DNA of 63,197 bases, filler included, from Sluysia triapertura (lineage: Eukaryota), in assembly GCA_046118255.1 (NCBI GenBank). It is 5 parts of 5 records of this genome, joined end to end, with 100 filler letters (N's around TTAATTAATTAA, not from the genome) between each part and the next. Parts side by side here need not be neighbours in the genome. Positions count along the whole stretch, not along the records: positions 1 to 12,991 come from JBJNIA010066513.1; 4 more parts are not named here. One strand, 5' to 3'. Numbering within the stretch: the stretch's first letter is position 1; each line of letters starts with the position of its first letter. Of this stretch, positions 1 to 13,091 are shown in pieces. The translations under genes were made by a program, and so were the position numbers. Below the pieces are notes generated by a model. The model saw nothing but the letters and a program-made list of their open reading frames with translations, was not told the DNA's origin and ran no database searches.

Positions 1-1157
1 GGAGTTGGAATTTAATACATTTGCTGTCACGTTTTGTTTCCTCTCTATATCATTAATAGTTTCATCATTTCCCTTCCAAGGTTTATTTAGTCTCATTATA
101 TATTTTTGCAGAATTTAGTTATAAGATTTAGATTAAGTTAAGATATGCTTTAGTCTTAACGTAAGTTCTCTACGATACTGGAATTACTCAGTAAAGGGCC
201 AGCACATTGATTCTCAGCTTTTAAGACAGAAAAGACAAGAATTTGGAGGCTTTTATATTTAATTTTGATGATATGTTATTCTTAGTTTTAGATAGTTATT
301 TCTAAATTCAGTCATTATGAAATTCTTTTGAAATTATTAATAAAAACAAAATTGTGAATGTATAGGAATATCTCAATATATAATAAATCAATAATAATAA
401 AAAATAAAAGAAAACTAAAACCAACTTAATAATATTCTATTCAAACGATTCTTTCAATTCTAGCTCTATAAATAAACTTACAGGATTTTGGGATAATCAT
501 GCTTTTAGTGATTAATATTTAATTCCTTAAAATACTTGTTAGAGGAATTCTGTACGATGATTTTAATAATGTTAATTTTGAAAATTAATATCTAACTATT
601 CAAATTTATAAAAAATGATTTTATTTCATATTAAATATATAAAATGCTAGAGTTAAAAATTTTTAGTAATATTTATTAATTAATCAAAGTTTTCCTAAAT
701 ATATTCAAACTAACGATTAGATTACACAACTGATATTGATTCTTATTAAAAATTTCTTCAAAATTAATTTTCTTCGTCAAAAATTTTTCGTCATTTAATT
801 ATTCCTTTCTAAAGTTTCTTCAATTAATCTTCTTGAAAATTATTCCTTTCTAAACCTCTTTAGTAAATAAATTATACTTTACAAAAATTTGTTCGTTGTA
901 TAGTATTTTAATATATGATAATTTATTTATAGTAATAAATAAACCATAATTTATTTATTAAAATAAGCTTATTCTAGAAATAAAATTAAATTTATTTTAA
1001 TCAATATAATAATTTATTTTATCAAAAATTTAATAATTTAATATATTATATAAAAATACATAATTAAAACAAAATATTTAAAATATAATAAAATATAAAA
1101 TACATAATTATAAAACACAAAATACACAATTATAATACGTTACATTTTATTTGGGAT

Positions 1158-2169
1158 ATGAATTTTGTCTCATTAGATGATTTTTGGCGATCCAACTTTA
1201 TAATAATATTATTTAATTGCACAAAAAAAGCCTTTCGATGTTGGAAGTTTGAGAAAGGTTTCTTCAAAATTTTCGATTGTGGCTTTCTCAAAGACTTCTG
1301 TCATGTCTCTTATGGATTTTGCAGTGTTGTGCAGACGCAATACGAGAATGATAATTTCTTACTTTCAATGTGACTAATTTCATTTTTATATTCATTATTA
1401 ATTTTAATTTTATTAGAGAAAAAATTTTTATTAGAGATTTTTGAAAATAAATTTTTATTATTTGATTTTAAATAAATATAGTAATGTACATACTTAATTT
1501 ATCAGGAACATTCTTCATTTGTCTTCCATCTGAGGAGCCGTGATTGCGTGACGAAGAATTCTGGTTTCTTCTGGTTGGAATTGCAATTTCTCTGAACATT
1601 ATTCCAATAGGATGTTGATGATTAACTTGTGGATGATGTTGATAGTTAAATTCATTGAAAGGAAGATCTTCTGGCAGATAATTGGATAGAAAATTTGAAG
1701 CATACTTATTTGTAGTGTTCATTTGATGATAATTGACAGTGCTGAACGACCGAAAAGAGATTGCTTTGGATCATTTGAAACTGTAGAATTATAATTGTAA
1801 CCAAAATCTTGGATATAATTGTTCGGATTTCGTTCATCAGTATTTGCATGACGATAGTTATTTCTGCATGTGGGATGATATGGACTGTATCCAAATGTAT
1901 TTCCATTTGAAGATGCCTTAAAATATTTCTTATCATAAATACAGTCATGTTTTCTTGATTTTCCATTACTTGAGAGAAGACGTGGTAAAAGATTTGATTG
2001 AAAACTAAAATTATGTTGAAGATATTTTCGACGCGTATTTTAACCATGAAAACTGTTAAATTGGCCATCGAAAATACGACGTCGACCATCGAAGTAATTT
2101 CGAAGTTGATATAATCTGGATTCATTTAACGGTAACAAACAAAAGTTCTTACACTTTTGAAAAATATCG
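1158..2169 (-). pseudogene. Degenerate orphan N/S/H/Y-rich coding sequence with probable intron
   Basis: A long near-open frame (NESRLYQLRNYFDGRRR...*NTRRKYL...NPNNYIQDFGYNYN, frameshift, NYHQMNTTNKY...NVPDKL) ends at a GTATGT donor near 1490. A candidate next exon below about 1375 contains TGA stops. No family was recognised. Confidence 0.4.
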
Positions 2170-2400
2170 GGCGAGTTCTGGTGTACCCAACCTGATATGA
2201 TCGTTGACAAAATGGTAGGTGCATTTCTATTTTCTGGAAAATGTATATAGCCGCATATTTCGGGTTTAACTTTTTAATAGTGTACACTTTACAATTTCCA
2301 CAGCTTTATTTATCATTTTCTGTAACACAAACTTTGATGGTGCTAATAATGCCAAGTCATCTGCATAAGCTAAAGCAGATATTTTTATATTATTTGAATT
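2170..2400 (-). mobile_element. Non-LTR retrotransposon reverse transcriptase fragment (YADD region)
   Basis: KISALAYADDLALLAPSKFVLQKMINKAVE (YADD at 2356..2367), then after a frameshift LKVKPEICGYIH, resembling the L.lNp.Kc motif of non-LTR RTs. Confidence 0.8.
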
Positions 2401-2724
2401 AATTGCATTGTGGTTCAGTTAGTTCAATTGGTATAGACGAAAACGCTTCAGCTATGTCAAGAAAGGTAATGTAGATTGGTAAAATAGTGACACCGTTGGT
2501 GTTCCTCAATTAGAGGTGCTAAAGTAAAGATATGCTTCGAGCAACCTGTTGTGTTCGAGCCTTTTATTATTGCATACTGTCATGTATTTACGTAAAATCC
2601 ACGTAATATTATTTTCTATATTTCACAACCTCATCCCACATTAGAATTAAATCATAACATTCAAACTACTACTAAATCCACAATTATTTCGTGCATATCA
2701 TCTTTCTAATCCGCCTCAATATCG

Positions 2725-2790
<66 letters not shown>
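2725..2790. repeat. (ATT)22 microsatellite
   Basis: Perfect trinucleotide run. Confidence 0.97.
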
Positions 2791-5377
2791 TTGTGTTTTT
2801 GTAAACTATATGACAAATACTTTATCATCCAACAACGATATCATTAAATCGTTATACATATTTAATAAGCATAATTTTAAAACAAATTAAATTAATCAAC
2901 ATTTTTCAATTTCATCTAAAGAAAATTTTTTGAGAATTATACGAAATCAATATGGATATTTTTCGGTTTTAGTAATTCATGAATTAATCCAAATAGCATT
3001 TGTGTTATAATATAATAGAAAACTTGATGGTAATTGGTTAATTTTCAAAAACAATTTTATTCCTTCATAGTTAAACGTTTAATATTATGTTTAATTAAGA
3101 AAATAGGACCAATTAAAGTAATTAAATTGCGATATTTGTAGTACAATTTGATTTTTATCTACCAAATGATACTATAGAGATTTACAATCTAGTATTTCTA
3201 GGTACAAGAGATATGTTACTTAATATTTCTAATAATTTCATTTTTCTCTAAATTTTTTTACAAATTCTTTATAAACAAATTTCAGACTTAAAATAACCTA
3301 ATAAAGTTATCAACGAATTTATTTTTGGAAATTATATTCAAGACATCTTTAACGGTAAAAATGTATCAAAGATCACTTCAACAGATATTGATTTCCGATT
3401 TTGTTTCACCCTTAGAAGTATATTTATTAGAAATTTTGACTATTTTGTGTTTCTTATATAATACAATATTTTAAAATCACAAAATAATTGTAACACATTG
3501 CTTTAATTCTTTCAATTTACAAAAGCTTTACCATGATAATTTGTAAGGGATTAAAATCAGCGTATAACGTAACCTTAATGTTACCTCTAGTTGCGGCAAT
3601 TGAAATTATTTGATTGTTCTCTACTAAAGGTGCATCTATTGAATCTAAACGAAAAAGGTGCCTGATAAAAGGCTCATTGATTTCACTTTTAAGAATATTC
3701 GGAGTCAAATTTGGTTTTAGAAATGTCAAAGGTGATTAATTCTGGCCGCAATAGCGGTCTATGGCGTTGTAAAAGAAGAAATATTATTTATGATTTTTGC
3801 ATGTGGAGTTGGCATGGTACGAGATTCTGAATGAAAATAATACACATAAAGAGAAGTAAAAAGGTACATGAAAATATATAAAATAATACGTTAGTTTAAT
3901 TTTATGTTAAAATTTTTTAATTTTAGTTACAATACCTTATATAAATTTAAGAGTAAAAAGAATCCTTAATTATGATTTTTCTTGATAAATGGGTTAACTG
4001 TTTTGATCTTTTTGTAGAGGCCTGATCTTTTATAGAGGCGTCTTATTTGATGACGGCGTCTATTATGCTTCTGGGACTTTGGAGGCGGTACAACTAATGA
4101 ATGTCTATTATTTTTCTTAAAATGTTCTGGATGATTAATTATTACTTGAACCTCTATGCTGATTATGAAGATATTGTGGAATTTTCTCTAAAATGTATGA
4201 AAATGGATGTTTTCCATTATAAAAAGTATAGATTAAGAATGCATTTAAAATGAAATTTGTGAAAGCAAGGATATGTTTATGAGTGGAATGTTGAGATATT
4301 GGACATCGATGGAAATACATTGACTGAAAAAAGAAGATAAAAATATAAGGTAATAATATTTTAAAGTTAGTTAATTAATTAAAATACTAAGTTATGACCC
4401 TAATTTATGTATACGCTAAAAACTACGAAAGATATTAAACAATATTTTTGTAAAGTTAGGCGACCGTCAACATCTATCACTCGTAATTTTTCTATATGTA
4501 CTGTGTAATGCTATACTTTAATTCTGTCATTCTACGAGATGTTCCTATATACATTTTTATGGCTTCAGTCGTAAGATTGACTGCAAGCAAAGCATAAAGT
4601 ATGAATGTAATAATGCAAAGATGAATGTTGATTTTAAACTCTTTAATGTCATTATTGTGTTTAGAAATTTTAAGATTAATTAAACTGATTTTATTAATTT
4701 TAATTGGTATTTTAGTTGTGTTTCTAGCTATTAACGTTGTTTTCTTAATTCCTATTTATTACTTACAATGTTCTTAGTGTTAGTAGTTTCCTTAATAATG
4801 GGTATAATGAAATTATGTGGTTGTGTGATTGACCAGTCATTCGCTTTTAATGATTCATTAGCATTAAATATCCAAGCATATATAATTGCAAAGGTTGACT
4901 CAGGATAATAATTCAACATAGTAGTATGTTTTCGGTGGAATTAATTCAAAATTAATTAATTCACTTTCACTTCCACAACTTATTAAAATTGCATTATTTG
5001 ATAGTGGATTAGTTACTTTAATTAGGTCATTTTCATTGAGTAATGCTGTTTACTAAATTTATCGTAGAATACATAAGGTCTTGTTTTAATCCAATAATAT
5101 TGTATATGTATTACTCGATTTATTATTCCATTGTTATTTTTACTCGGTATAATTGGGATTCAAAGAAATCTTCACAAGTTACTATCCAATATATTGAAGC
5201 TTTAATTAGTGTTGAGGACGTAGTACAGAAATTATTGAAGCAATAAATAGATAAACTAACTAATTTCTGCGACTACAATTGCGTCGGTCTTGGCTTGAAT
5301 AGTTATTTGTATATTATTATGAAACAATTTCTTACTTAACTTATTTATGATTATATCAAATGAATCTATAGTTGTTC

Positions 5378-5721
5378 TTAAACAAATACACAGTAACACC
5401 GATGATATTTGAAATCCACTATAATGGTAGGTAGTCTCGAGTCTGTATTATATTCGTATATGTGCAACGACATTATTGGCGGTAATGGTGTTCCTGGAAG
5501 AGAAACATAAAATCTATTATTTCTTGGAATCGAATAATGATTATCATTATCATCATTAGAATCAGTATTAGTGTACTTACATTTATTCATAAGGAACATC
5601 ATGATCATTAGTAAAGCTATTATTAATGCAATAATAAATAATGTAGCTACGATTACTAAAATAACTATTGACGGATTCTTTTTTAATGTATCTATAATTG
5701 TAGTTGGTTCTCTAATTCCTT
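5378..5721 (-). CDS. Putative terminal exon of a single-pass membrane protein (TM helix plus Tyr/Pro-motif cytoplasmic tail)
   Basis: The frame is open upstream of the ORF-track entry: (TTTTGCTATAG acceptor) GIREPTTIIDTLKKNPS-IVILVIVATLFIIALIIALLMIMMFLM-NKCK...NHYSIPR..FYVSLPGTPLPP...HIYEY...*. No upstream exon was identified. Confidence 0.45.
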
Positions 5722-6026
5722 CTATAGCAAAATGAAGTTGTTTAATAATTTTAGCTTGATGTTGAATAAATATTCATATATGTCTGTCTTCTGATAGTAA
5801 ATAGTCTACATATTGTTACTGGATACTCTGTATTTAGTAAACATATCATACAAATTACTATTCACGATGTAATTTGTCTTCTGTATCTAATTTGCTAACT
5901 ATGTAACTCAAACCATACATATGTAACTATGAACTAATTCTCAAAGAATTTTGTAATGATTTGTGTGATAATGCTCGATTACAAAACTTAGAAATGATTG
6001 TTGATGAGAAAGTATAAAAAGGAATA

Positions 6027-6213
6027 CAGTGAATGCTCTATATAAGCAACTTAATTTTTGAATATAGATTGTTGACTTAGGTTTATACTTTTTAGGACAA
6101 ACTCATAAGACAATGGTTAATAAATTTAAAAATAGTAGAATAATTGTTATAATTCAATATTTAATGATTATAAAACTTGGTTCAGAGGAGTTGCTTATAT
6201 AGAGCGTTCACTG
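6027..6213. mobile_element. pogo/Tigger-type MITE, 187 bp
   Basis: The 25-bp TIRs CAGTGAATGCTCTATATAAGCAACT (6027..6051) and AGTTGCTTATATAGAGCGTTCACTG (6189..6213) match at 24/25 positions. TA flanks both ends. Confidence 0.9.
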
Positions 6214-7097
6214 TACTTAAAAATTTTATAACACTAATGCTGCTGATGGAAGATCCATGTATCGGGAAAAATTTTAATCTTTATTATTGTATTTTAATGT
6301 TATTGTTGAATAAAATATAAAATAATTATATCGAGGTTTCAGGCTAATTTAATTGTTGAAATTTGTTAATAATTTTTAAAGGAACGAAATTTTTTGGATG
6401 CCATCTTCATTTGTTTATAAAAGTTTACAATTTTTATTTGGAAAGTCCCCTTTTTATTTATAAAAGTTGAAATTGTTTTGGCAAGTTTTTCTTTTTTGCG
6501 TCACTTCGTTCAATGATTAAATTATTGATAACATTGTATAAAACTAGTTATTAATTATCCAGTGTTAATTTTTATGGATAACAGTTGATAGGTATTTTAG
6601 CTATTTCGAATAATAGACTTGTATTAATATTTATCGTTATTGCAAGATACATTGAATTTCTTTTTTTAGTTATGTAATTATAAAATTTATATTGTATAAT
6701 TAAGTTTGAATTTTGTTCTGATTCATGAAGTTTGGCATCTATGGTTTTGTCTGTTTGTATGTAAATAAGTATGCCTATGAATAAATAAGATCGATTTATG
6801 AGTCGCCTACGGTCTTTGTCTTACTCATTAAAGGGCTAGTCTGTAGGATTTTCTTAACTTGAAAAACTTAGAGATGTTAAATCGACTTTAACGTTTAATT
6901 ATGTTGATAGTCAACATTGTTTGTATTAGATTGTGAAGGATGATTGTTACAGGAAATGAAAATCTTCTAATTAAATATATAACTTAAAGTCTTCAATACT
7001 TTATAGTTGATTTCCTTAATTGGAATCTATAAAAGTCAAAGATTTTACTACCGGTATCAAATCGGTGATTTCTTATCAATAAGTGGGTTTGAGTTGA

Positions 7098-7434
7098 TAA
7101 TGTTCCCTCCAACGAAGTACTACGTATGTTAAATGCACGGGCGAATATTTGTAGCAGTCTGAGCAAATTTTTAAAATTTATAATATTTGTACATTGCAAT
7201 TTATTATTGTTAATCCTAAATTCCTAAATATGAAAAACAAATCAATACTCAACTAAAAAACAATGAAACTACTACAAAATAAATTTATATCGTTTAGTTA
7301 ATTTAATTTTGAGAAAAATATTTATGTTAATATTAAATTGCAAAACGCTGTAAATTAATTTTTATTTTGAAAATAATGTGTCCGCTTTAATCTACTGCGC
7401 GGCCCCGCAGATGCGCAGCTTAGAGGGAACATTG
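7098..7434. mobile_element. Non-autonomous hAT-like element
   Basis: Termini are TAATGTTCCCTCCAA and TTAGAGGGAACATTG (13/15 inverted match) with a GC-rich subterminal GCGCAGC. No 8-bp TSD is retained. Confidence 0.55.
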
Positions 7435-8193
7435 ACCGTAATATAAATTTAATAAATTTTACTTAGTATTGAGATTTTACAGCCGACTTTGCTTTATTAG
7501 TATACAATTTTAAACAATCACGTTAAAAAATTATTAGTATTTTAAGGTTAATAACACTTTACAAAAGGAGAAACTTATAAAAAATGTAACTAACGATTAA
7601 TAGTTTGGTTATTTAATCTGTTTCAAAGTAGTTGGTATAGATGTGGTTCCAATTTATCAGATTAGAATAATAATAGTCAAAAAAATTATTATTGAAATTC
7701 TAATTTATTAAATAATTCATTGAAATAATTATTAAATATAATATAAAACATTACTTCAATTTTTAAATAATCTTTTCATAAAATAATTTATTAAATTATT
7801 CAAATTCGTATCTATAAACAGTATGTAGGGAAATCTTAAAATTCATCACATTTCATCACATAAAAACATCACTTACTTACACAGAAAATTAAACAAACTA
7901 CTTGAGTCATTCAAAAAACAAACATAATCATTGCACATAATTATTATGAACTATAGTTATTGTCGTTATAAATCCAATCTTATTAAAATATGTAATAATT
8001 ATTATATAATATGATTGTCATGTAATTACTTTATAATAACACCACAACATCATCAACACCATTATCTTAAAATATATAATAAATATCTTATTGTTATCAT
8101 TATTGTTTCTCTTATCTTTGCCATAAACCTTTTGTTTTTTCGAACATGTATATATGTATGTATAAACTATGCGATGCTAATCATTTTTAATAG

Positions 8194-8854
8194 AGGTGAA
8201 GATATTTCTTTAAATTTTTCTGTGAGTGAAGAACCCAATCCGTCAAATAAATTACCAAAATTAAACTACACTATTAACAATGTATTAATCGAACTCATTT
8301 TGAATAAACTTAAATCACGGTATAAAAATTCACGATTCTTAATTCAGTTTGCCTTAATTAGTGGTAATTTAAAATTTGATCTTCTTAGTAGCAAAAGTTT
8401 GGATGGTGAACAATCACCTGGTGTTTTTCAAACTAATAATTTTGTGTCTGAAAAAGGGTATGTACAATGGAAACTAGTTTGTTACTTGAATGATACGCTA
8501 GATCTTAATTCTATATCAGTGGCTAAAGATAATTATTCAAATAGTACAAATATTGAAGGAATTGCAATGCTTAATTCTTTTGCTTCTGTATTTTATGATG
8601 ATATTAGATACACGGGTTTGTATGTATATCATTCGGAACATCAAATGATGGTTTTATCTGAAGAACTATACAGTTTGGGATGCTACTTTTTGATATGGGG
8701 AACCACCAGCATATCCGATGTTAACAAAAATTATATTAATTATTGGTTTCGGTCTTGGTTTACCAACAATTCTTATAATTATCGGAAGTGTTTATCTCTT
8801 CCTCCGGAAACTTTTTAGGAAGGAAAATGTGGACAATATGAAGTTATCAATTAA
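8194..8854 (+). pseudogene. GLMP: Terminal exon of a glycosylated lysosomal membrane protein (GLMP/NCU-G1 family) gene with 3 frameshifts and 1 in-frame stop
   Basis: The exon follows a CTAAT branch-like site and TTTTTAATAG acceptor (AG at 8192-8193). Frame A reads LPKLNYT...KSLDGEQSPGVFQ...GYVQWKLVCY (family pattern SIDDEYxPxVF...QWxPVxY). Shifted frames give ISFGTSNDGF, then YLKNYTVWDATF*YGEPP, a TM helix IILIIGFGLGLPTILIIIGSVYLFL, and a tail GQYEVIN* (YxxI lysosomal signal; cf. human YQSIN). Confidence 0.85.
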
Positions 8855-10383
8855 TTTCTTTACATTGCTGGTGATCCAAATTAATACTTAATGATTTATT
8901 TAATTTAATATTTTCTATTTATATACATTGTAAGATTTAGTCTAAATTATCTTATCATTTTTGAATACTATTCAAAGTAAATTAAATTAATTCTTTATTT
9001 CGTTTTATTACAGAATTGTACTAAACATTTTTTACAATAAACAGTGCATTTTTAATGTAACTATTTTTTATTAGAAATATAGTATTTTTTAAATATTTTT
9101 TTCTAAAGTGCATTCTGAATGAAAATCATGAATCAAGTCTAAAAAACAAGGTTTTAAAATGGATTATTAAATTATACTACAGATAGATAAAATCGTTGAA
9201 TTTGATAGATGCCAAAAATGTTTTAATCTGGATACGTTTTTGTAAAATAAAATAATTATGACAAAATAAAAAAATCGACAAAATTATGAAAGTCAAAACG
9301 AATAAAACGTTCAATGAATTGCTAAATAAAACATTTAACTCAAGGTATGTTGAATTAAAGCTTTAACTCTTATATTCTAATACAATAACTATATAAAATA
9401 ATTTTATAATATTAAGGTTTTTTAAGATTTTAATATATATATATATATATATATTAAAGATAAAATTACTCTACTAAAATATGTACAATTTAACTCTTTG
9501 AAGCACGGAATTTTAGAAAATAAAAAGACTCATGTTTCACAAGAAAATTTTAATATTTTTTTACAAAAATGGGTTATTTAAATAAATACAAATATAAAAC
9601 TATGAAAAATAAAAATTGTAGGCATCTGTTGGTAAACATATTATCTTATATTTACGGTGGGTGCAATATTAAACCGCTGTTCTAGTAGGAATTTAAATTT
9701 TTCAAGATGGTACAGAAAATATCCCAGCGTGCATTATTTGTAACTAAAAAAGTGTGACTGGTTCTTTCTAATGAAGTAAAAGTTTTGTGATAAACGTACG
9801 CTTAGGTCAAAATTTATAAATTCGAAAGTGGAGATCGGTATTAATATCCTCGAATATCAATTACCAAAATCGTATGACGGGTAAATGAATGGCCACAATC
9901 TATCATAATGATCAACTTTTTCCTTTTACTCTTCTTCATTCATTCTTTTTAATTTCTAATTTTGTGTCATTTTAAAATATTCAGCTGCTGCAGTTGTAAG
10001 ATATAAAATACTAATACTAATTATTTTAAAATACGTTTTCGTAATATAATTTGAATTGCTATGAATTATTATGAAACTTCGATTGAACATCATATTAAGA
10101 TGTACTTTTTGCTGTTGGCAATATTAGAAATATCCTTAATAAAATAATATTACAGATATTAAGATTTTCTAAATGTGGAAGAAAATACACCAAGTTAAAG
10201 TGATTAAAATTGATATTCGAAATATACGATTTGAATTTCTTAATGTAAAAGTATTCTTGAATGCCTTCTAAAGTACTTTTGTTAATTTCTTGAAGTAGCT
10301 TTCTTTAACTGCGTCATTTCACAATCGAATTTCAAGAAAGTGGATCGGTAGTTTTCATTCTGAAAATGTAGGTGCCATATACA

Positions 10384-10945
10384 CACGGTGGTCACTAGAA
10401 AAGCGAAAAATTTGATGATAGATGAGATCATGAATAAAATGTGTACAGGAAGAAAAAACAGTAAATTTATTGTGAAGAGATGTGTCCACAGATGTTCAGC
10501 GATATACGAAACTTTACGTACGACCAAATATAGACATGGCAGCAGGACGGTGCCAGAGCTCATACAGCAAAGGCTTCATTTCAATTTCTTCAGCAATATA
10601 CTCCTGATTTCATTTAACCTGAAGATTGGCCCTCGAAAAGTCCAGACTTAAATGTCATGGATTACTACGTTTGGAGATTGTTATTAATAGAGCTTCAGAA
10701 TTGTCGACGTGACATAAACTTTATTGATGATTTGCAAACGAGATTGAGAAGAGATTGCAAAGATATCTCACAAGTTACCCTTCAAAACGCTACACGAGCT
10801 TGGATTTCTAGGTTAATACGCTATTCTGAAGTGCACGAACGACATTTTGAGCATCCATGAGTGTAATGTAACATATGCCTTTAAAAAACTGTGTAAATGT
10901 TATTCTTAGTAAAGAAACAAATCCGCTTTTCTACAGACCATCCTG
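10384..10945 (+). mobile_element. Internally deleted maT (DD37D) Tc1/mariner element
   Basis: TWQQDGARAHTAK...WPSKSPDLNVMDYYVW has exactly 37 codons (one a stop) between the second and third Asp. The TIRs CACGGTGGTCACTAGAAAAGCG and CGCTTTTCTACAGACCATCCTG match 18/22, with TA on the right flank. Confidence 0.85.
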
Positions 10946-11999
10946 TATCTTCTGAAGACTGGATATTGATTATTAATTACTTGGAATGATTATTAAACAT
11001 GGAAGAAACAACATGGATGCAGACACAATAGAAGAACGATGAAAATAAGATGGGAAACATAATTTTTGAAAATATCAACGATTGCCCTTTTGAAATAAAG
11101 CATTATATATATTTCAAAATTCTATATCCGCATGACTTTATAAGTTAATATTGATTCAATAAATACATCTCGTCGTGGCTTTACAATTTAATAATAGCGT
11201 GAATTTCTATTTTGACTATATCGATGCAATTGTATATAATTCTGTAATTACGCATAAGTATGATTTTTAACACATTTTTGAATCCTGATTATTGTAATAA
11301 CTAAATTACAAAACAATTACTAAAATTGATAAAATCATTATTATATTACTTGAAATTAATAACTGATAAAGTTATTAATAAATTTACTAATCATTAAATT
11401 TTTTAAAGTAATTATGCTTTGTATTCATATAGTTTATTTACTAGTGTATCATCGTCATTAATATTCTTTCGAATTTTTTATCGAGAGATTTTCTGATAGT
11501 AAAGATTTAGGATTGCCTGTTCAGTGTACACCATTAAAACTAAGCTCCAATTAAAAAATAAAATTTATCCACAACAAACACGAACAATTTTAATTAATAC
11601 GACCTGTAAATACATATTTATATTCATGAATAAAAAATTGATCTATGCAATTTTTAACAAGGCGCTCGCTCTTTCTCGAGAATCATGTGAATAGTACTCT
11701 AGCAATGTGTCACTGCGACTGACATAAAAACAAAATAATGTTAATTAAATGGTTTATTTTATGCAAAAAAACAATATCAATAAGGAATAAAACAAACTAT
11801 ACAATAGAATAAAATAAAGAAAAAATTATCATTTGTAAAAAATAAGTAAAAGTCGTACTACAAGAAAATATTTACAACTTATACCAGAAGTTGCCATACT
11901 CTATTTCTTGATTTATCCAGATCCTAGCAATGATTTTTCAAAAAAGTTTTAATGTACGTAGGTTAGAGTTAAATTCTTCCAAAGATTTCCCATTTAAGC

Positions 12000-12780
12000 A
12001 GCTCAATATGTTTCGTTGAGTTCTGTGTGTTTTTTGCCTTACGAAATATAATAACCTCAGTCCTATACTTACCTCAGCTGTTCGAGGTGGAAGTTCTTAG
12101 TTTAAACTTTATTACTGAAGGCTTTACCTGTTTTAAATTATGTTTCTGCAAGCTCTACTGTATTAAATTTTCATTGGAACGATGTTATTCATCGAACTAA
12201 AAGCTCGTTCAGCTTCAGCGCTGCTACATTACGATTGTTTCCATAATGACCTTGGCTTTTTTCACGGGGTTGGGAATTTCGATTTGGAAATTTCTAATCA
12301 GTGCTTTTTCTATTAAATCTCTAAAATCATTTATTTTAATTTCATTTATCAAAATAAAACTCAAAGTTCTTATTCTTTTTTCTCCTTCTGACCATGAACA
12401 CGAAACTTATTCTACATTCCATGTTTCAGGATAACATGCATTAAATATGATTTCAAGAAGAAGGGGCTCGCAAATCATAGAATAATTTAACAAAGGGTTC
12501 ACCATTGATTACACATATACATAAAATCAAACTTACCATATAACTTGTTAGATTATAACTTATATAAAAATATTTTGTCCGTAAATACTGTTTTGAGTTG
12601 CTTTTTCTTTAAAATGAAATGTGTTTATTCTGCTCAATACGCTTCGTTGAGTTCTTTGGTTATAATCTGTGTCCTATTTGCCTACACTCGTTTTAGCTGT
12701 TCGAGGTGGAAGTGCTTAGTTAAAACTTTATTACTTAAGGCATTATGTTTCTGCAAGCTCTACCGTATTAAAATTTACTT
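12000..12780. repeat. Diverged direct repeat pair (~12000..12170 and ~12620..12780)
   Basis: Both copies share AGCTGTTCGAGGTGGAAGT(T/G)CTTAGTT(T/A)AAACTTTATTACT and TTATGTTTCTGCAAGCTCTAC(T/C)GTATTAAA. Confidence 0.8.
12180..12450 (-). mobile_element. hAT transposase C-terminal (dimerisation domain) remnant
   Basis: YPETW...WSEGEKRI...NDFRDLIE...IPNPVKKAKVIMETI, then after a frameshift SSAEAERAFSSMNNI (SxAxxERxFS motif). Confidence 0.75.
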
Positions 12781-12991
12781 TATCTGATCTTAGTATATTA
12801 GACTTTATTTTTTCGAACTTTAATTCATCAACATTAGGTTAATTTAACAACTTTAATTTTTATCTTCAAACTTTATTTTATCAAAATCTATTCTTAAATT
12901 AAATTTTATCGGATCACATCTGGACACAATTTTTTTGGTCCGATTAAGCGGCTGGTCCCATTAAACAAACAATACTTTTATCTAATAATAT

Positions 12992-13091
12992 NNNNNNNNN
13001 NNNNNNNNNNNNNNNNNNNNNNNNNNNNNNNNNNNTTAATTAATTAANNNNNNNNNNNNNNNNNNNNNNNNNNNNNNNNNNNNNNNNNNNN
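12992..13091. other. Artificial assembly spacer
   Basis: N44-TTAATTAATTAA-N44, which puts stops in all six frames. Confidence 0.99.

Noticed and set aside
1706-2125. 139-aa hydrophobic ORF
   Set aside because: Its M/I/V-rich composition suggests an off-frame reading of the N/S/Y-rich frame; no recognisable motif.
8691-8693. Stop-codon reassignment or RNA editing to explain in-frame TGA/TAA in the GLMP, DUSP and orphan frames
   Set aside because: PP2A ends in TGA and RPS21 in TAA at expected positions. The stops co-occur with frameshifts and replace different residues, so decay is the simpler explanation.
13036-13047. Regularly recurring TTAATTAATTAA palindrome within N runs
   Set aside because: Artificial six-frame-stop linker, identical at all four gaps; not biological.
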